This document shows, piece by piece, positions 1-13,903 of a stretch of 64,000 nt of DNA; the stretch's first letter is position 1; every line of letters begins with the position of its first letter. The notes beneath the pieces are model-generated. The model had not been told where the DNA came from, ran no database searches, and was given only the letters and a program-made list of their open reading frames with translations. The stretch spans positions 10,820,741-10,884,740 of the forward strand of contig OZ037768.1 of assembly GCA_964035545.1 (NCBI GenBank). Direction: 5' to 3'. Origin of the DNA: Bugula neritina (Eukaryota > Animalia > Bryozoa). The translations under genes were made by a program, and so were the position numbers.

Positions 1-1696
1 CAATTATCAAAGAATAGTTACTCAATTACATTAACAATTACCATAGTTATAAAATCAAGTCATTAGTCATTATTGATTACTATTAGTATTAGTATTAACT
101 TAGTGAATTAGCTTTTTACTTGCCTTCTGTAAACATGTATTTGATAAGTATTTATTTTTACTTTTTCATTCTCAAATAACTTCAATATTTTAAGGCTAAA
201 TTAGTGTTTTATTTTTATTTTTCTCATTCACTGTTAGGTTTATAACTGATTCTGTGCTTATTGTTGATAACAATGCAAATTGTTAAACCTGAATTTGGAG
301 TCATGATTTAAATATTTCGAACTCACAATAAAAAGTTAACGACTCAGTCTTGCAGTTTGAGTTTTAATTCAGTCAAGAATTTAATATGATTATTTGACCC
401 ATCAACATCTCTTCGATAATGTTGCCACTTATAATTATATTTTATCAACAAAAATATAGTTTTAATTGATTGTAAAACCAAAAGAATTATAGTTTTATGA
501 TTACCATTGTACTTGTAAATCATAAAGTTGAATAGTTTTATAAGTATAAAGCACAAAAGTGATAGTAACTCCACTTTAGGGATTATTTGAACAACTGTAT
601 CTGTGATGTGTCTCTTTACCATGGTACTGCCTAGACATCTCCATTTATTTGCAGTAATTAGTTAAATTAGTTATCAAAAATAAACAGCATTCACTTAATT
701 TTACTTACATTTCATCATAATTTATATTTTTAAATGACTACATGCTAGTGAATTGCTTTTGGAATTGCTCAATGCAACTTGTGAGTAGAATTGCCATTTG
801 TATTTTTACTTTCCTGCATTCCTGGAGATATAATTGTAGATTTTATTAAGAGAAGGCCAAACTGAAGTCTTGCAACTTCATATGCAAGGTTATGCAAGTT
901 AAATATAGTGCCAACCAGTTTTTATGTGATTATTTTAAAAAAGTTAAAAATGAAACAAGTATCTTTGTGGAACTCCTTGTAACTTTCACTTGCCAGGCCA
1001 ATTTTTTATCCGTAAAATATGCGATTAAGACTGTCTGTAGGCATGCTCTGTCATTTTGCCTATTGAGTGGACATGGCGATGGTGTATTTTTATCAACTAA
1101 CTATATTTACAAATAATATTTTAATTTATTTGTTTTCTCGCGACAATATAGATCAGTGATTTGTATGATTTGAATTCTTTTTGATAATTATATACTTTAA
1201 AATTTTAAATTTCAAAGCAAAGTTTCAGCTTTCATTAGTATAATTTCAATTTGTCAAGACTCATGTTTGAAAAATAAATTATCAAACCGGAGTTTTTCAG
1301 ACAAATAACTTTGTTGTTGCAGGAAGAAAACTTTAGTTCAACAGTATCGTGGTCATCATCTAGGTTAAAGCAGTTGGTATGCTGATTGTTGTCTGTATCA
1401 AAGTGATTGAAAATCTTGTTGTAGAATATACTTGTAGTTTTGTGTTCCGACTCTTGACTAACTGACTAGCTCTAGTCAGTTTAGAATATGATAGTATCCA
1501 GCACACCCTGCAGCTAAAAATGTTGTGATTCGTTTTAATCCGGAGTCGGTATTTATTGCATTCCCATTCGTAGTAAATGTGGATGTTAGATACTCAACCT
1601 CAACACTAGTTTATGATTAATGGTAACAAAGTTGAAATCATGTTAAACTGAATAATATGAAGTTGCTGAATTAAAGATATGCTTTATTTAATTTAG

Positions 1697-4600
1697 CAAA
1701 TACCACCATATGCTGGATTAAAAAATCTCATTCCTCATGGCAGCGCTCCGTATGCCCCATTTAAAACTGGGTCATTACCAAACATCAACCACTCCCTACA
1801 GCAGCAAATTCAACAGCAAAATGTGCAAAGACGTCAATGCTCACCCAGTCAACAGATGCTGTCACATGGTTCGGTGCCTGCTCCAGGTGCTGCCATAGAC
1901 CTCAAGGTAATGCTTATGGTCTTCAGATGCTTGTGTGTACTTCCTTTTTCAGTAGTTGCTACCAACTTGTTCAGTTCGAACAAGTTCTTCAGAGTTTGAT
2001 CATATTCAAAACAATAGTGTAAACCCTTCTTAGAATGGGAATCAACAGGATATTTATATGTTACCTCTTGTTTTATGCTTCTCTTTAGTAAGTAAAGACA
2101 ATTATTTTCTGAACTGTTTTAATTATTGGCTAAATTATTGTATTATTGGTTAAAGAGGGTGTAACCAACATTAAATTATACGGAACTGGTTTTAGAGTGC
2201 AATACATGATCTCAACTCACTACACGCTGGCGATGCTAATAGAAGGAGATTTATGCCTCCTCAGTACGGCCCAGGTCCCAACTCTCCTGGTCTCAGACCT
2301 CAAAGAAATCGTACCAGTGACCACGTCACTTATTCCCCTTACCTCACCCCTCCCCCTCTCAGTGGACCGGAGTGGAAGAAGTAAGTTGTGTTTCCAGTAA
2401 ATCTAGAGCAGTTCATCACGTGTATGCCTCTACAGCAGGCCATGGCCCAGCATGGAATTCAAGCTCTACCTTTGATGTGTGTGAGAAGTGAGAAACTTGT
2501 GTTATGCAGGGCATTAGTTACGTTGTACGACTTACTTAATGCTGTGGGTTACTAGTTGATTTATTACTGCAGCTGCAGGCATCATTGCTGGTGCTAAATA
2601 TTTTCAATTGCAATATTAAATTTAAATAATTCACACAACACTTGAATGTGTTTCTTGTGTATTAAGTTACAGTGAACACTGTTTCTATATTTTAGTCTAG
2701 TTAACTGCAATGCCTCACACTTTCTCACAGGTTTTCGCATTATTGTTTCATGTGTCTCACGTATGATTGTCCAGAGCTACTGGATTTCTAACATGATCCT
2801 CCTTGCTTGTATAATACCATTGTAAAGCAGTCACTGTATTACATGTTAATTTGTTGATCTGACTTCCAGATTCAAATCGGATTCAGATATACACGGTAGT
2901 ATAAAGCAGCAAACACCGACGTCGAGTAACGGTGGAAGTGCTAGCAGCGGAATTATCTCCCCCATGATACATAGGAGAGGTTAGTGTAGCTGTATCTCAT
3001 TGCTCTAAGGTGCTGTTTGTTTGCTCTTCATATTCTGTACGTTTTTCTACTTATTGTGAAAGTCAGTCATGGGTTATGAAATGAAGTAAGTGGTGAATCT
3101 AGAAAGGCTGGTGCAATTGTAAAGCAGTAGGCTCAAGTGTTGTTCGTTTTCACTCAAGTCAACAAATAACAAATATGTTCATTCCTAAGTTATTGCTTTG
3201 TGTTACAGGCTGGCTTTTCTTTGTATTTCATCAATTTCATTATACAGTTTCTCTAAGAGTTTTTTGGGCAAAATAAACGGCAATTGCAATGAACATTACT
3301 AGATAATATCTGGTGATGGTAGTATAGTAGTAGCAATAGTAGTTAATGACGTTTAGTGGTTGTTATGACTACAGCTTTGTATTGTATCATGTAGTATTGC
3401 TAGCACTTGTGTTGCAAGTACAAGCTGCGCTATATTGATCATTGGCCACTACAGCTATTGTCATAGACCAATTTATACTGATTTAATATTTGACTGTCTA
3501 CGTCTCACATTACTAGCCCATCATTAGCTGTGAAACATTATCTGCTTCCATGTCCAATAGGTTTGAGGTAGACTGGATGCATAGGCCCAAGTAACACACT
3601 ACAGCATACTTACAGCAGTGTGTTACTGTTGAAGCTTTACTTGCCTTTATTGTGTAGTCATATAGAGTAGTGTAGAGTAGTGTAGAGTCATAAAGAGTAG
3701 TGTAGAGTCATATAGAGTAGTGTAGAGTCATGTAGAGTAATGTGGAGTCATATAGAGTCGGGTAGAGTCATATAGAGTAGTGTAGAGTCATATAGAGTAG
3801 TGTAGAGTCATATAGAGTAGTGTAGAGTCATATAGAGTAGTGTAGAGTCATGTAGAGTCATATAGAGTAGTGTAAAGTCATATAGAGTAGTGTAGAGTCA
3901 CATAGAGTCATAGTGTAGAGTCATATAGAGTAGTGTAGAGTCATCTGCAGTCAGTAAAGGTGAAAACAATTCTGGTGTTTCAAGTAGTCAAAGCCATTGC
4001 TATGCAGAGAATGCCAAATATCTACACTCTCACTACCTCCTAGCTTTACCTCCCAACTGCATCTCAACACTTGTGAGTCTCACATAAATCTCTAAATTGA
4101 CTTTCAGTTTTGGAAGTGGGTGGAAATCCAGGCAATGCAGGCAACCCGATGGCTCTTGACATGAGATCTTCTGGCACCAACACTGCTGGCAACGGTGCTC
4201 CTGCTGGAAGCAACTCTGCCCCTGCCAAGGTAAGACAGCTGGCTGCTTGCACAGGTTTTGTTTGCTCAAGATGACACTTCCAGTTTACTAGCTGAAACTT
4301 GACTACTGTTAATAGAATCTACAGGCTGAGTTAGTAGAATAACTAGTAAGATACAGAGTGATGGTTAACTGTGTGTTTAGTAATGAGTGGCTAGTACTGG
4401 GATACCTGAGGGATTCATTAGTCACTGCTCAGGTTCAGCTGCTGTGGACACAGAATTTAGTACTTGATTCCGCTTGCCCCTCAATTGGCTCCATTGTTTT
4501 CCACTAACAGCTCTGCTGGTTGGAACAGTTTTCTCTGTTGACACTTTTTCGAGTTGAAATTCTGTTGTGGCCGACTAAGCTACTCAGCTTAATCTACATG

Positions 4601-7600
4601 CACATCATTTGTCAGTGCACTAGTGCCATGTAGAAGTAACCTATAGGATAATGTCACAGTTACACTCCATAGAGTGTAGCATACACCCAGTCCTGTCAGA
4701 TTTAATGACCAGGCGGAACTAAGGTGTGGGTGATGAAGCAGCTTTTATTTTTAATGTTGTTTTGGAATAAAAAAAGTTGGAATAACCTTTCTAATTTTAT
4801 ATTGTTTAAGGGAGGCGATATGTTGATGCAGGAGGAGTTAACTTGTAATTAATGGTTTCTATTAAGAATGTTCTAGAGACATGATCAGCCCATGGGCCTT
4901 GTCCTGCCCATGGGCTGATCTTGCGGTTAGACTGGTCTTGTTGTTGTAAACCTGATGAGTAATTATTTTACACTGAGTCAGGTGTGATTAGTGTTTGTAG
5001 ACAAGTTATCTTCTCTTGTTTGTTTCAAGCCCTCGTCAAGTTGAGGTTTTGATCTAGTTTGGAATAGATGTAATTCCATAGATTCTGTGAGAGATTAATC
5101 TCCAGTATTACAAGCCAAACACACTATTTCCATTAGTGAAGGTCACTGGGCTACATGCTGGTAAACATGTCTGCTTAGGATATCTGAAGTAGACGCTATC
5201 CTTCCACGTATAGATGTATTGCATCACATTTCATCCATACTTCTAGTTGGTGAATAAATATACTGTATACTTCTACTGTGACTAACGTGTCTCTATTCTT
5301 GCAGTATGTAGATGGGTCAGGCTACTCACCTATGAACGGAATGCCCCCTATCCACCTGTCTATGGGCATGCCCGGCCTTGCACCTCCCCAGTCTGCAGGC
5401 ATGTCTCAGCCACCACAGCAGCACCACGGCTCCCTACCGGACTTATCTAATCTTGGTTTTAGCAATTCACCTATACAAGGGCACAGTAACTCTCCAAATC
5501 CTGGTTTGTTCATTTCGTAATCATTGCACATTTTGTATATCATCAGTATTTACTACGCTGGGTATACTGTGTTTGGTAAGCAGCTGTCTGAAGGATTTTC
5601 TCTTATTAGTAATTATGCTGGCAGGTAGTTATTTGTTGAGTAAGTTAGCCACCTAGTCTAGTGGCTGCAGTGCAGGTAGGCTAGCAGTTGTCTACAAGTA
5701 TTACATTAGTAAACCTGCTGCATTCTTTTATACCCAGAGGATAATAAATAGAGTAACTCTGCCATTTACTAGATCACCTTACGCCCGTGACTTGGCATTT
5801 TATGTAATGACTATAAAATAGTCTGTAAAGACACTTTCATGTGTTGTCTAGTCAACGGCACGCATCACTGTTGAGTTAGACACACTAGCTAGTTTACTGT
5901 ATGCTAATCCATGTGTTGGTGTAGGTCTGTGTTCACCACCTAATGATGGGTATGGCAGGATGGTGAGCACCTCCATGCCTCCCCCAGATAGTCCTTCATC
6001 AATCAGACCCAACGGCAGCCGGCAGCAGAGCCCTCTGGTTGGTAGTCCTACACAGATGCAGGTTTGTTGCTTCTTCTCCCAGTAAACTCTAGTACAGTGC
6101 TCACTTTGTATCTCACAGATTCCTTCCTCCCGAAATTTCATAGCTCACGAGAAGGGCTTAGACCCTCGGTTTGTGGCATATGTGTGTGTAGGGACAAAAT
6201 ATCCGAATTTAACGGATCCATGAGTTGAATCTGGTATTCTGCTATGTTACAAATTGAGGTTTCAGGACCCTTAGCTTAGTTAGACACAGAGGGAGCACTG
6301 TAATATGCATGCACTTAAAATGGGAAGACAATTCATTAAAATTCAAAACCCTGCACTGGAATTGGTTGAGGTAAATGCAAAGGAATATTTGTGGCATGAG
6401 GAGTTATCTGTCCAAAGTAAATCAATTCAATCTATCTGAACCAATCTCAACATGAGGTCAAACATTGTAAAACGAAGCTACTCAAAATCCATGTCTCTTC
6501 ACAGCAGCATGTGTCTAACAACTTGTAATGTTGTCCAGGAAGAAGTATTGTAGTCTGGAAATACATTCATCACTGTCACTATTAATACTGTTACTAGTAG
6601 TACTAATATGTGCCGTCACTGCTACTTGCCAGCCCTACTACTTATTAGTGCTACTAGTTGTACCACCACAGCTGTTGGTTGGGCCAGAGTTGCAATGCAT
6701 ATTGTGTTACAGGGTGTGCCTTATCCCTTTCCATACTTCCCACAACAACTGCCCATGCACATGTCTGCACCTTTACCAATTGGGCAAGCATCACCACAGC
6801 CAGGGGGCCTCTTGTCCAGTGCCAATCCTTTGTCTCATAGCATTCCATTAGGGCAGCAGCAGCAGCCCTCTCACCAGCAGCACAATAAACCACCAACTAG
6901 CCTGGATAAACAAATAGTCAACGAAACCATAAGAAGGCGGATTAGTGACAAAATGCTTGCTCAACAAGTAAGTAATAGTAAAGTATACTTTAACAGTTAA
7001 AAATTTTGTTGTATGTTCCTACAGTATATCAGCGCATAAATAACTTAGGCTCTTTGTTTTTAACTGGATAACTTTTCTTAACAAGCTTTGAGTTTGTGCA
7101 GCACCAACTTACATATCATAATATTGTACTGCATCACTATTTTCTCCGAATCGAGCTGCTTTGTGTTGCTTAGAATTTTATTGAATATTTGCCACAATAA
7201 ATAGAACTGTATTATGGCACCTGGCAATGTCTTCTGTAATACAGACCATTTTGTGTTCTTGTAGCAAGCCCACCAGCAGTATAGACAAAGCACGGAGAAG
7301 AACGTGCCATCTCCCAGCTCGCCGGGCACGCCCCCTGTGAGGTCACCAGAAAGCTGCCCACCAACCAATCAGCATACTGTGGGCGGAACAAACGACAGTA
7401 ACATTAGCTATGCCCTTAGCCCAGGCTCCCACTCATCCCTACAGCAACAGTTTGATCAAGTAACTATGGTACGTCTCCAGGGGCTTATAACTCCCCATCT
7501 ACTCACACACCATCATACATTGTTTCTATTCTGCTCCACTTGCGAAAATATTCATCTCCAGTCAGCTGTAGCTTCATATGTTTGTACATGTGAATTATTT

Positions 7601-8344
7601 GATAATCTGTCCACAATGTGCTGTTACTTGAAAGTGGTGTATAATATTACATGTCATATTATATATATTCTCTCAATATTGGCTTGTTGTATAAAATTGT
7701 AGGACAGTAGTTCAGGTGGAGGTAATCACTTCACTAATGGGAATCCCCACGATAGCCCTTTTATACACGATCACAGGCATCCAATGAAACAGCATTCTAT
7801 ACCCAACATAGTATTAACAGGTCAGTGTCTGGTTCTAAGCTTTTGCATCCTTCCCTGTGTGTCTTTTTTCAAATTTACTGAATTACATTATCATGATTTC
7901 AGAACAGGTTTGGCCATTGTAATTACCACGTGTCAATTGGGAAGGAGTAAATACTGATTTAGCTAAGAACGAATTTACTAGGGGTCAATGACCTCAATAG
8001 TTGACACCTCCTCACTATCTGTTAGCCACACTTTACACTGTACAGGCTTAAGTTCTAGCACGTCTGTAATATGTTTTCATGCTGTTGGTCTTGGGAGTTA
8101 TCTCACTGTCAAATCCGGGTGTCTATTTGTAGGAGTAGATGACAACTGCTATGGTCAATATTTCGATAAAGACTTTAGGCCACTGATGAGCGCATCTCTC
8201 TCATTTGATGATGTTTTTAATAGTGACGAGCAATTTAAGAATGAGTTGACGCCGTTAGACTTTGAAGGTTTGCAGATGCTGGAAGACCCTACAAATGTGT
8301 TGGCAGACCCGAGCACGGAAGAGCAACTCCGACTATGTGGCTAA
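1697..8344 (+). CDS. CRTC: CREB-regulated transcription coactivator (CRTC/TORC), 5'-partial; 10 exons in window
   Basis: Phase-consistent exons 1697-1906, 2196-2380, 2870-2979, 4108-4229, 5305-5503, 5925-6061, 6713-6967, 7265-7468, 7703-7820, 8133-8344. They encode the CRTC motifs in the expected order: GSLPNIN, YLTPP..WKKFKSDSDIH, HGSLPDLSNL, LQQQFDQVTM, PNIVLT (PxIxIT-type calcineurin dock) and the TORC_C end PLDFEGLQMLEDPTNVLADPSTEEQLRL. The N-terminal CREB-binding exon was not found in 1-1696. Confidence 0.95.
3656..3943. repeat. Minisatellite of alternating 10-mers (tagagtagtg / tagagtcata) in CRTC intron
   Basis: Directly visible tandem array. Confidence 0.95.
4883..4920. repeat. Perfect 15-bp inverted repeat with 8-nt loop
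   Basis: GATCAGCCCATGGGC-cttgtcct-GCCCATGGGCTGATC. Confidence 0.9.
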
Positions 8345-11300
8345 TAACAGCGCCATTCTATTTGTGGTTAATAGTATACATTGCCCCTCATTTACTATGT
8401 ATAGTGTACAGGATGTATGTTCTATTGATATATGGGATCCCTAAAGCTGCCCCTCATGAAATTCTTATAGTTTTCCACAGCTCAGATGCTATAATAATCA
8501 AATTTATTCTATTATATACATTATCTATTATATCTAATTGAATGTATTATATTTAATGGGGTTTAACTATTTTGGCATTTGTCTCAGATTTTTATTATTT
8601 CAAGACTAAATTTTGTACAGTGATTTCACTATTACATCGTAATATATTCAGATATATTAAAGAGTATAGATTCTATTAATATATTATTTTATATTGGTTA
8701 TGCTGCAGACTTACTATTTTTACTACCATCCTTTAGAAGCACTGCACAATATTTTTGTAAGATTTATCCATTTGCACAATGTTAATAAGCTGTACATTTT
8801 ATATGTTTCACTGGTACAGATTATAGGGTGTAGGTAGTGCATGCCAATGTCGGAGTTGTGATATAATGTTATATATTTTTCTCCAGTTATTTTGAGTTTC
8901 CATCAATTGTTTTCAGTACTTGAAAAGATTTAAGACAAAGCTTTTTAGTTTGGTGTTGAATTGGATAATGTGACGTGTATCCAAAAAACCATGGATGTGT
9001 GCATGCTCCACCTTTACCAATAATCTTTCTTATAACATCCTCAATACTTTTATACATTTTTTTTCTTAAAGTTACTTGAGAATTGGTTCTATGTTAATTA
9101 CCCATCAGTCAAATGGTTCAATACAATGATCTATTTGTAATAATGTCAAGATTTCCCCCTAATTTTCTCCTCGCAGTTGGTATTTTTAACTTAATTACCA
9201 AAAACTCCAAGTCTAACAATTAAATAATTAAGGTTATATTTGTATACCTATTTTCAACCATTGACACATGTGCAATCTGTGCCTACAAGTGAAAGTAACA
9301 CACTGATTGGTTATATTGGTAATCTATGTTTTGGTTGGTAGCTGTAACTAATGATTTTTATAATGAGTCCTGGCTCCTTTAAACCAATTATCCACCTACA
9401 CTATGCTCTCTAATCCATTGTAAAAGCATCTATTTTCGCCTATCTTGTATATGGAACCTTTGTAGATATTCAGTGCTTCACTGCGATTTTTCAACTTTGT
9501 TTAGCAAACCATATTATTTTTATGTTTTATTGGGACTCTTGTCATTTTTGTTGTATGTATATTATAAATTATAAAATTCAAACTCTGGCAACTACCCAAC
9601 GTTTTTGTGAATCATTGCACATCCTCGAGAATAATTTCTCTTATTCTCATTAGACAGTTTTTCTATCAGCTAAGCTATTATCCATTCTGCTGTAGCATAA
9701 GTTTATTTTCAAGCCATACTATTTTTTCCTTTCACCCAACGAAAAATAGAAAACTCGGTAGATATGGAATGAATGGCATCAGGATATCTATAATGTTGGA
9801 TATGTATGTGTCCTATCCCAGGGCTTGCAACATATAACCAAAGGTAAACACTTGCTAGTGTTGCAGAGACTGGTAAAGGTTACCTACTAGTATATTATAC
9901 ACATGTGGTTTAGATGTTGTAGTAATGAAATCAACTATATAGACTATAGATAATGCAAACTATGCTCCTTCACTCCATGAAGTATATAAATGGAAGTGAG
10001 TAAAGCATCAATATAGTATAACCATAACCCTCCAAACTATTTAGCCCAGTCTATTAATATGGTCACCTCATTGCTCCTAACAAATTGTTTTTTTTTCTTC
10101 AAATCACAAAACTAATTTTCTGTTGCAATTTGTGGATAAGAAGGTGGATGTTGAATATTTGTTGAAGCCTTATATACATGAATGATATATTGCTTGGCAA
10201 TACATTGCTTTCGAAAAAAATGTAATGCAGCCTATAATATTGCACTTGGCATTATTTATCAAATGAATGACTTATATGCATGCAACTATGTAGTTATATC
10301 CCTAAAAAGTTATGGGAAAGTTGATTTCACAAGTTAAGCATTTAGCCCAGAATTAAAAATAACAGTACGTATTGTATGCCATATCATAATTAGCTGAAAT
10401 ATAATAGAACATAACTGGTTGTACATATCATACTTTGGGGATGGGTCAACATTTCGAAGGTCTTTTGGGCCAAAATATTTGCCTAGTGTAAATGCACATA
10501 CGTATGGCAACCCAATTGTATGGGTTTGAGGTTTAAACCTAAAACGTATTGTGAATTGGAAATCTTTTTATGCTGTTGAAACATTAAATATAAAGTTTTC
10601 AACACATTTGCAAAAGCTATCTCTCTTTACTTGACATTAGAATAAACTACAATGTAAAAGTTTTCAACATATTTGCAAAAGCTATCTCTTCACAAGACAC
10701 TAGAATAAACTACCCAATTGAAACTTTAGGGCTAATTATTGGGTTTATTAGAAGTAATCATGTTTGTGAATTTTAGATAATCATCCACTTAACAGCTCTT
10801 GTTAACAGTGACTCCTCATCCTATGCAGAGAGAACACAACTCTAGAAGTTATTTAAAGGAATATAGGGTGTGATGTAGGCATGAATCGTGTGGTTATTAA
10901 GAATATGAGGAGAGATATGGAGATAGAGAGCAGAGACAGGAGAGATGCATGTGTTTGTTAAAAGTAAAATTAATGAATGTTTGTGTAATTATTGTTTAGG
11001 GATCATTTATGAGTAGTGATTTGGTGTTCAAATATACATGCAGGTAAAAATTTGTATAGCAGATTCAATGTATAGATGAATATGTGCCAGTTTGATAAAT
11101 TCAATATAATAATTTATTTGATAATTTTCTTTTTTAAACTGACAAACTCACAAAGTAGAGATGTCAGTTATTTCAAGAATATGGTTTATAATAACTCAAA
11201 TTTATTCATATACTCTGTAAATTATAGTTATTAATTTGCTAGTTTACCTATTATAATATATTGACTGAAGATAAATAATTCAGAAAAGAAAAAGATAAAT

Positions 11301-11757
11301 AATTCAAGTTTCACTATAGAAGAGATTTCAAGCAACTAAAACAGGCTAGATGAACTTCAATAAAGTATATAACACAGCATGTATTATATTTGCATGCTTT
11401 GGCCTCTGAGCAGCCTAACAGAGGAATAGAGAAAGAGACAAAGAGGATTCTCTTAGAATGTCATAGAGAAGTTTCCAGAGAATAGGTTATGAGTATTATC
11501 TGTTAACTGAGCAGTTCATCTACACATCAGATAATATTAGCTGTAGTATGGAATGATTTGTGTAGAATATCTAGATAATAAACAGAAACATAAAAGAAAA
11601 TGAAAAGTTTGAGAATGAAATAAAAAGACGAATAAGAATAAACAGGAAACAGGGTTGTGGTGATAGCTATTGTAAAAGTCCGATATGAGATTCAACAGAT
11701 TTTAAATGAGAATAAACTGAAATCTCTTAAAAATTCTATTTAAATTGAGCTCTAACC

Positions 11758-13752
11758 TTATTCATTGCTCTGAACACAGCAACAGAAAAACTTCAAAAAT
11801 CGATTTCTTCGGCTCTGGGGTGTGACCGGTTCTTGAACTGATTCAAACTCTACAAATTATAGCATCTCTTTTGACATATAATAACTATATTTCCACTAAT
11901 TTTGTTATTGGATTTATTTCATAATAGTGGCTTCACAATGTTATGGTAAATGATATTGGGCTACATGGAAAACTCTGATCATGTTATAGAAGTTATTTTA
12001 AATCTTGTCTAAGTACAACTCCATCTCGATATTTCTTAATAGCAATGACAGAGGCTAATTTATAGATTACAAATCAACTTGAGCTTTATTGGTAACTTTA
12101 GAGCATTAATTAAATATATCCATCTTTACACCCAAATTCTTACTCATTAAAATCGAATAATTCACGCTATTTATCAGAAAGTAGCATTTTAATAATAAAA
12201 CCTTAATTCCTGAATCAAATATACTGACCACTATGTCCTTCATTAGGTGATTCAACAGACTTTTGTAGTTGTCTCTCCCTGACTGCTTGTCTGACACTGT
12301 TGAGAGGAGAGTTGGGTGAGTCTCCACCGGCCAGTAAAAGTTCTGTTGCAAAGTATATCAAATGTGTTGCAGCTTAAAATTGTTAGTTGAAGACTGATTT
12401 ATCATTTCTTATAACCCATCAACTTATAGTTTCTTGTTTATAATGGAAAAAAATTGTTTTCTCATATCAAATTTGCAATGTTAGTCAGTAGCGGAAATTA
12501 CATTTATATAAACTTGTGGAGATAAAAAAACAAAAGGAAAATATATTGTACCATTGCAATCCTTGAGATTTATAGAGGCAAGTGGTAATGAGTTTACTTC
12601 CACTTTCTTCCCTGAAACACGTGTGTCTAGCATTTCTTTCTCTGCTGGTGTGAGTTTAGTGGGAGTGGCTTGTTTTATCTCTTTCTTGTAGAGTTTAGTA
12701 TCAGTGTTTGCTGTAACATTGCATAATAAATGGTTTCATGTAGAAACTTATACTAAAGATAGTATTTAAAATGACACCATAGATTTTTCAACTCGGCAAC
12801 AAGGTAATAAATTGGAAAAAAATAGGTGGGTAGCTAATTTAACTTACGCATAATAATATCCGAGCGAAGGTAAAGCTTGTGAGTTTTTGGCCGAGCTCCA
12901 GTCCCTTCAAACTTTTTCAGGAATTCTTCTAGCATTATTGGCTTCGCGGGTTGGTTTGACAAAGGAGCTGGGTTTCTGGTACGATGCGGTGTTTTTTCTG
13001 GTTCCAACTGCTCTGTAGGATGTGGAGGAAGAGAAGCTGGTATGTTAGCAGTAGACCTCCCATGCCAGCAGGCACCTGCACATCCACACTCATTCCATGG
13101 CCAATTCTCATCTATCACACTTATTTGGTTATTGACTTCATTGGTTGTACATGATCCTAATTCTTGAGTTTTGATTGGTTTCACAACAGCTTTGAAATTG
13201 TTAGGTGTCTTTTCACAAGAATATATAGGGGTGTGTGTTGAAAGTGACTCCGCCTTCTTTAAATTCTTCTCCTTTTTGTCCTTGCTGCAGCCAAACAAAC
13301 ATTCAATGATTCAAACCACTATTTAAACATGTAAAATGCTACATTACGCTGTATTATATTTGTAGAAAGTTTTATCATCCCATTTCATAATTGAACTACC
13401 AACATCTTACCTTTGACTGTCTAGAGCTTTTGTTTTCAGTGGAGAATACTCTTTAAAGACTAGTCCAAGTATAATGAAGTTATAGAATATTAACTCCCAT
13501 TGACTGTAACAAATAATTATCATACTCAATTAGGTAAATATTTTGAATGCTGAATTACAGCCAAATTTTAAGAACTTAAAGCGAAAACATAACATGCATA
13601 AAATTGTCCAATGATAAAAATAACAGAAAATTATCTAACTTGTTATTATATTTATGAAATAATAAAACTTACCAGTACAACTCCACCGCCAGGTGAGTAG
13701 ATACTAGCAGGTTAATCAAACAGATAAATTGAAGCAAAAACATATTTGACAT
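11758..13752 (-). CDS. Orphan protein X1 (~331-334 aa): hydrophobic N-terminus, WPWNECGCAGACWH motif, C-terminal RRNRFLKFFCCC
   Basis: Exons 13752(or 13743)-13673, 13503-13411, 13284-12848, 12710-12552, 12372-12229, 11849-11758 join in one open frame with GT-AG sites. All indels relative to X2 are multiples of 3. The exon-5 acceptor (AAG) is less certain. Confidence 0.8.
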
Positions 13753-13794
13753 TATAATAAACAGTTGAATGAAAAATCATAAATCGTTTACATA

Positions 13795-13903
13795 TAGTTG
13801 CAGCAATAAACCTCAACTTTGTTAACTCAGTAAACGCGCAATTAAGGCATCATTGTGTCATTCATTATGTCATCACTCATTATTGAAAATTTTTTGAATA
13901 TTT
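13795..13903. promoter_or_regulatory. Conserved non-coding block upstream of X1 (near-identical to ~26714-26822)
   Basis: About 108 bp with only 2 visible differences between copies, in a flank that is otherwise diverged; contains two TGTCA and one CATTGT. Confidence 0.5.

Noticed and set aside
344-1116. Short ORFs as CRTC exon 1 or separate genes
   Set aside because: No TORC_N motif (NPRKFSEKIAL-like) and no coding features; probably intron.
4950-4984. C/D-box snoRNA (TGATGA..CTGA with terminal stem)
   Set aside because: Only ~35 nt, too short for a snoRNA.
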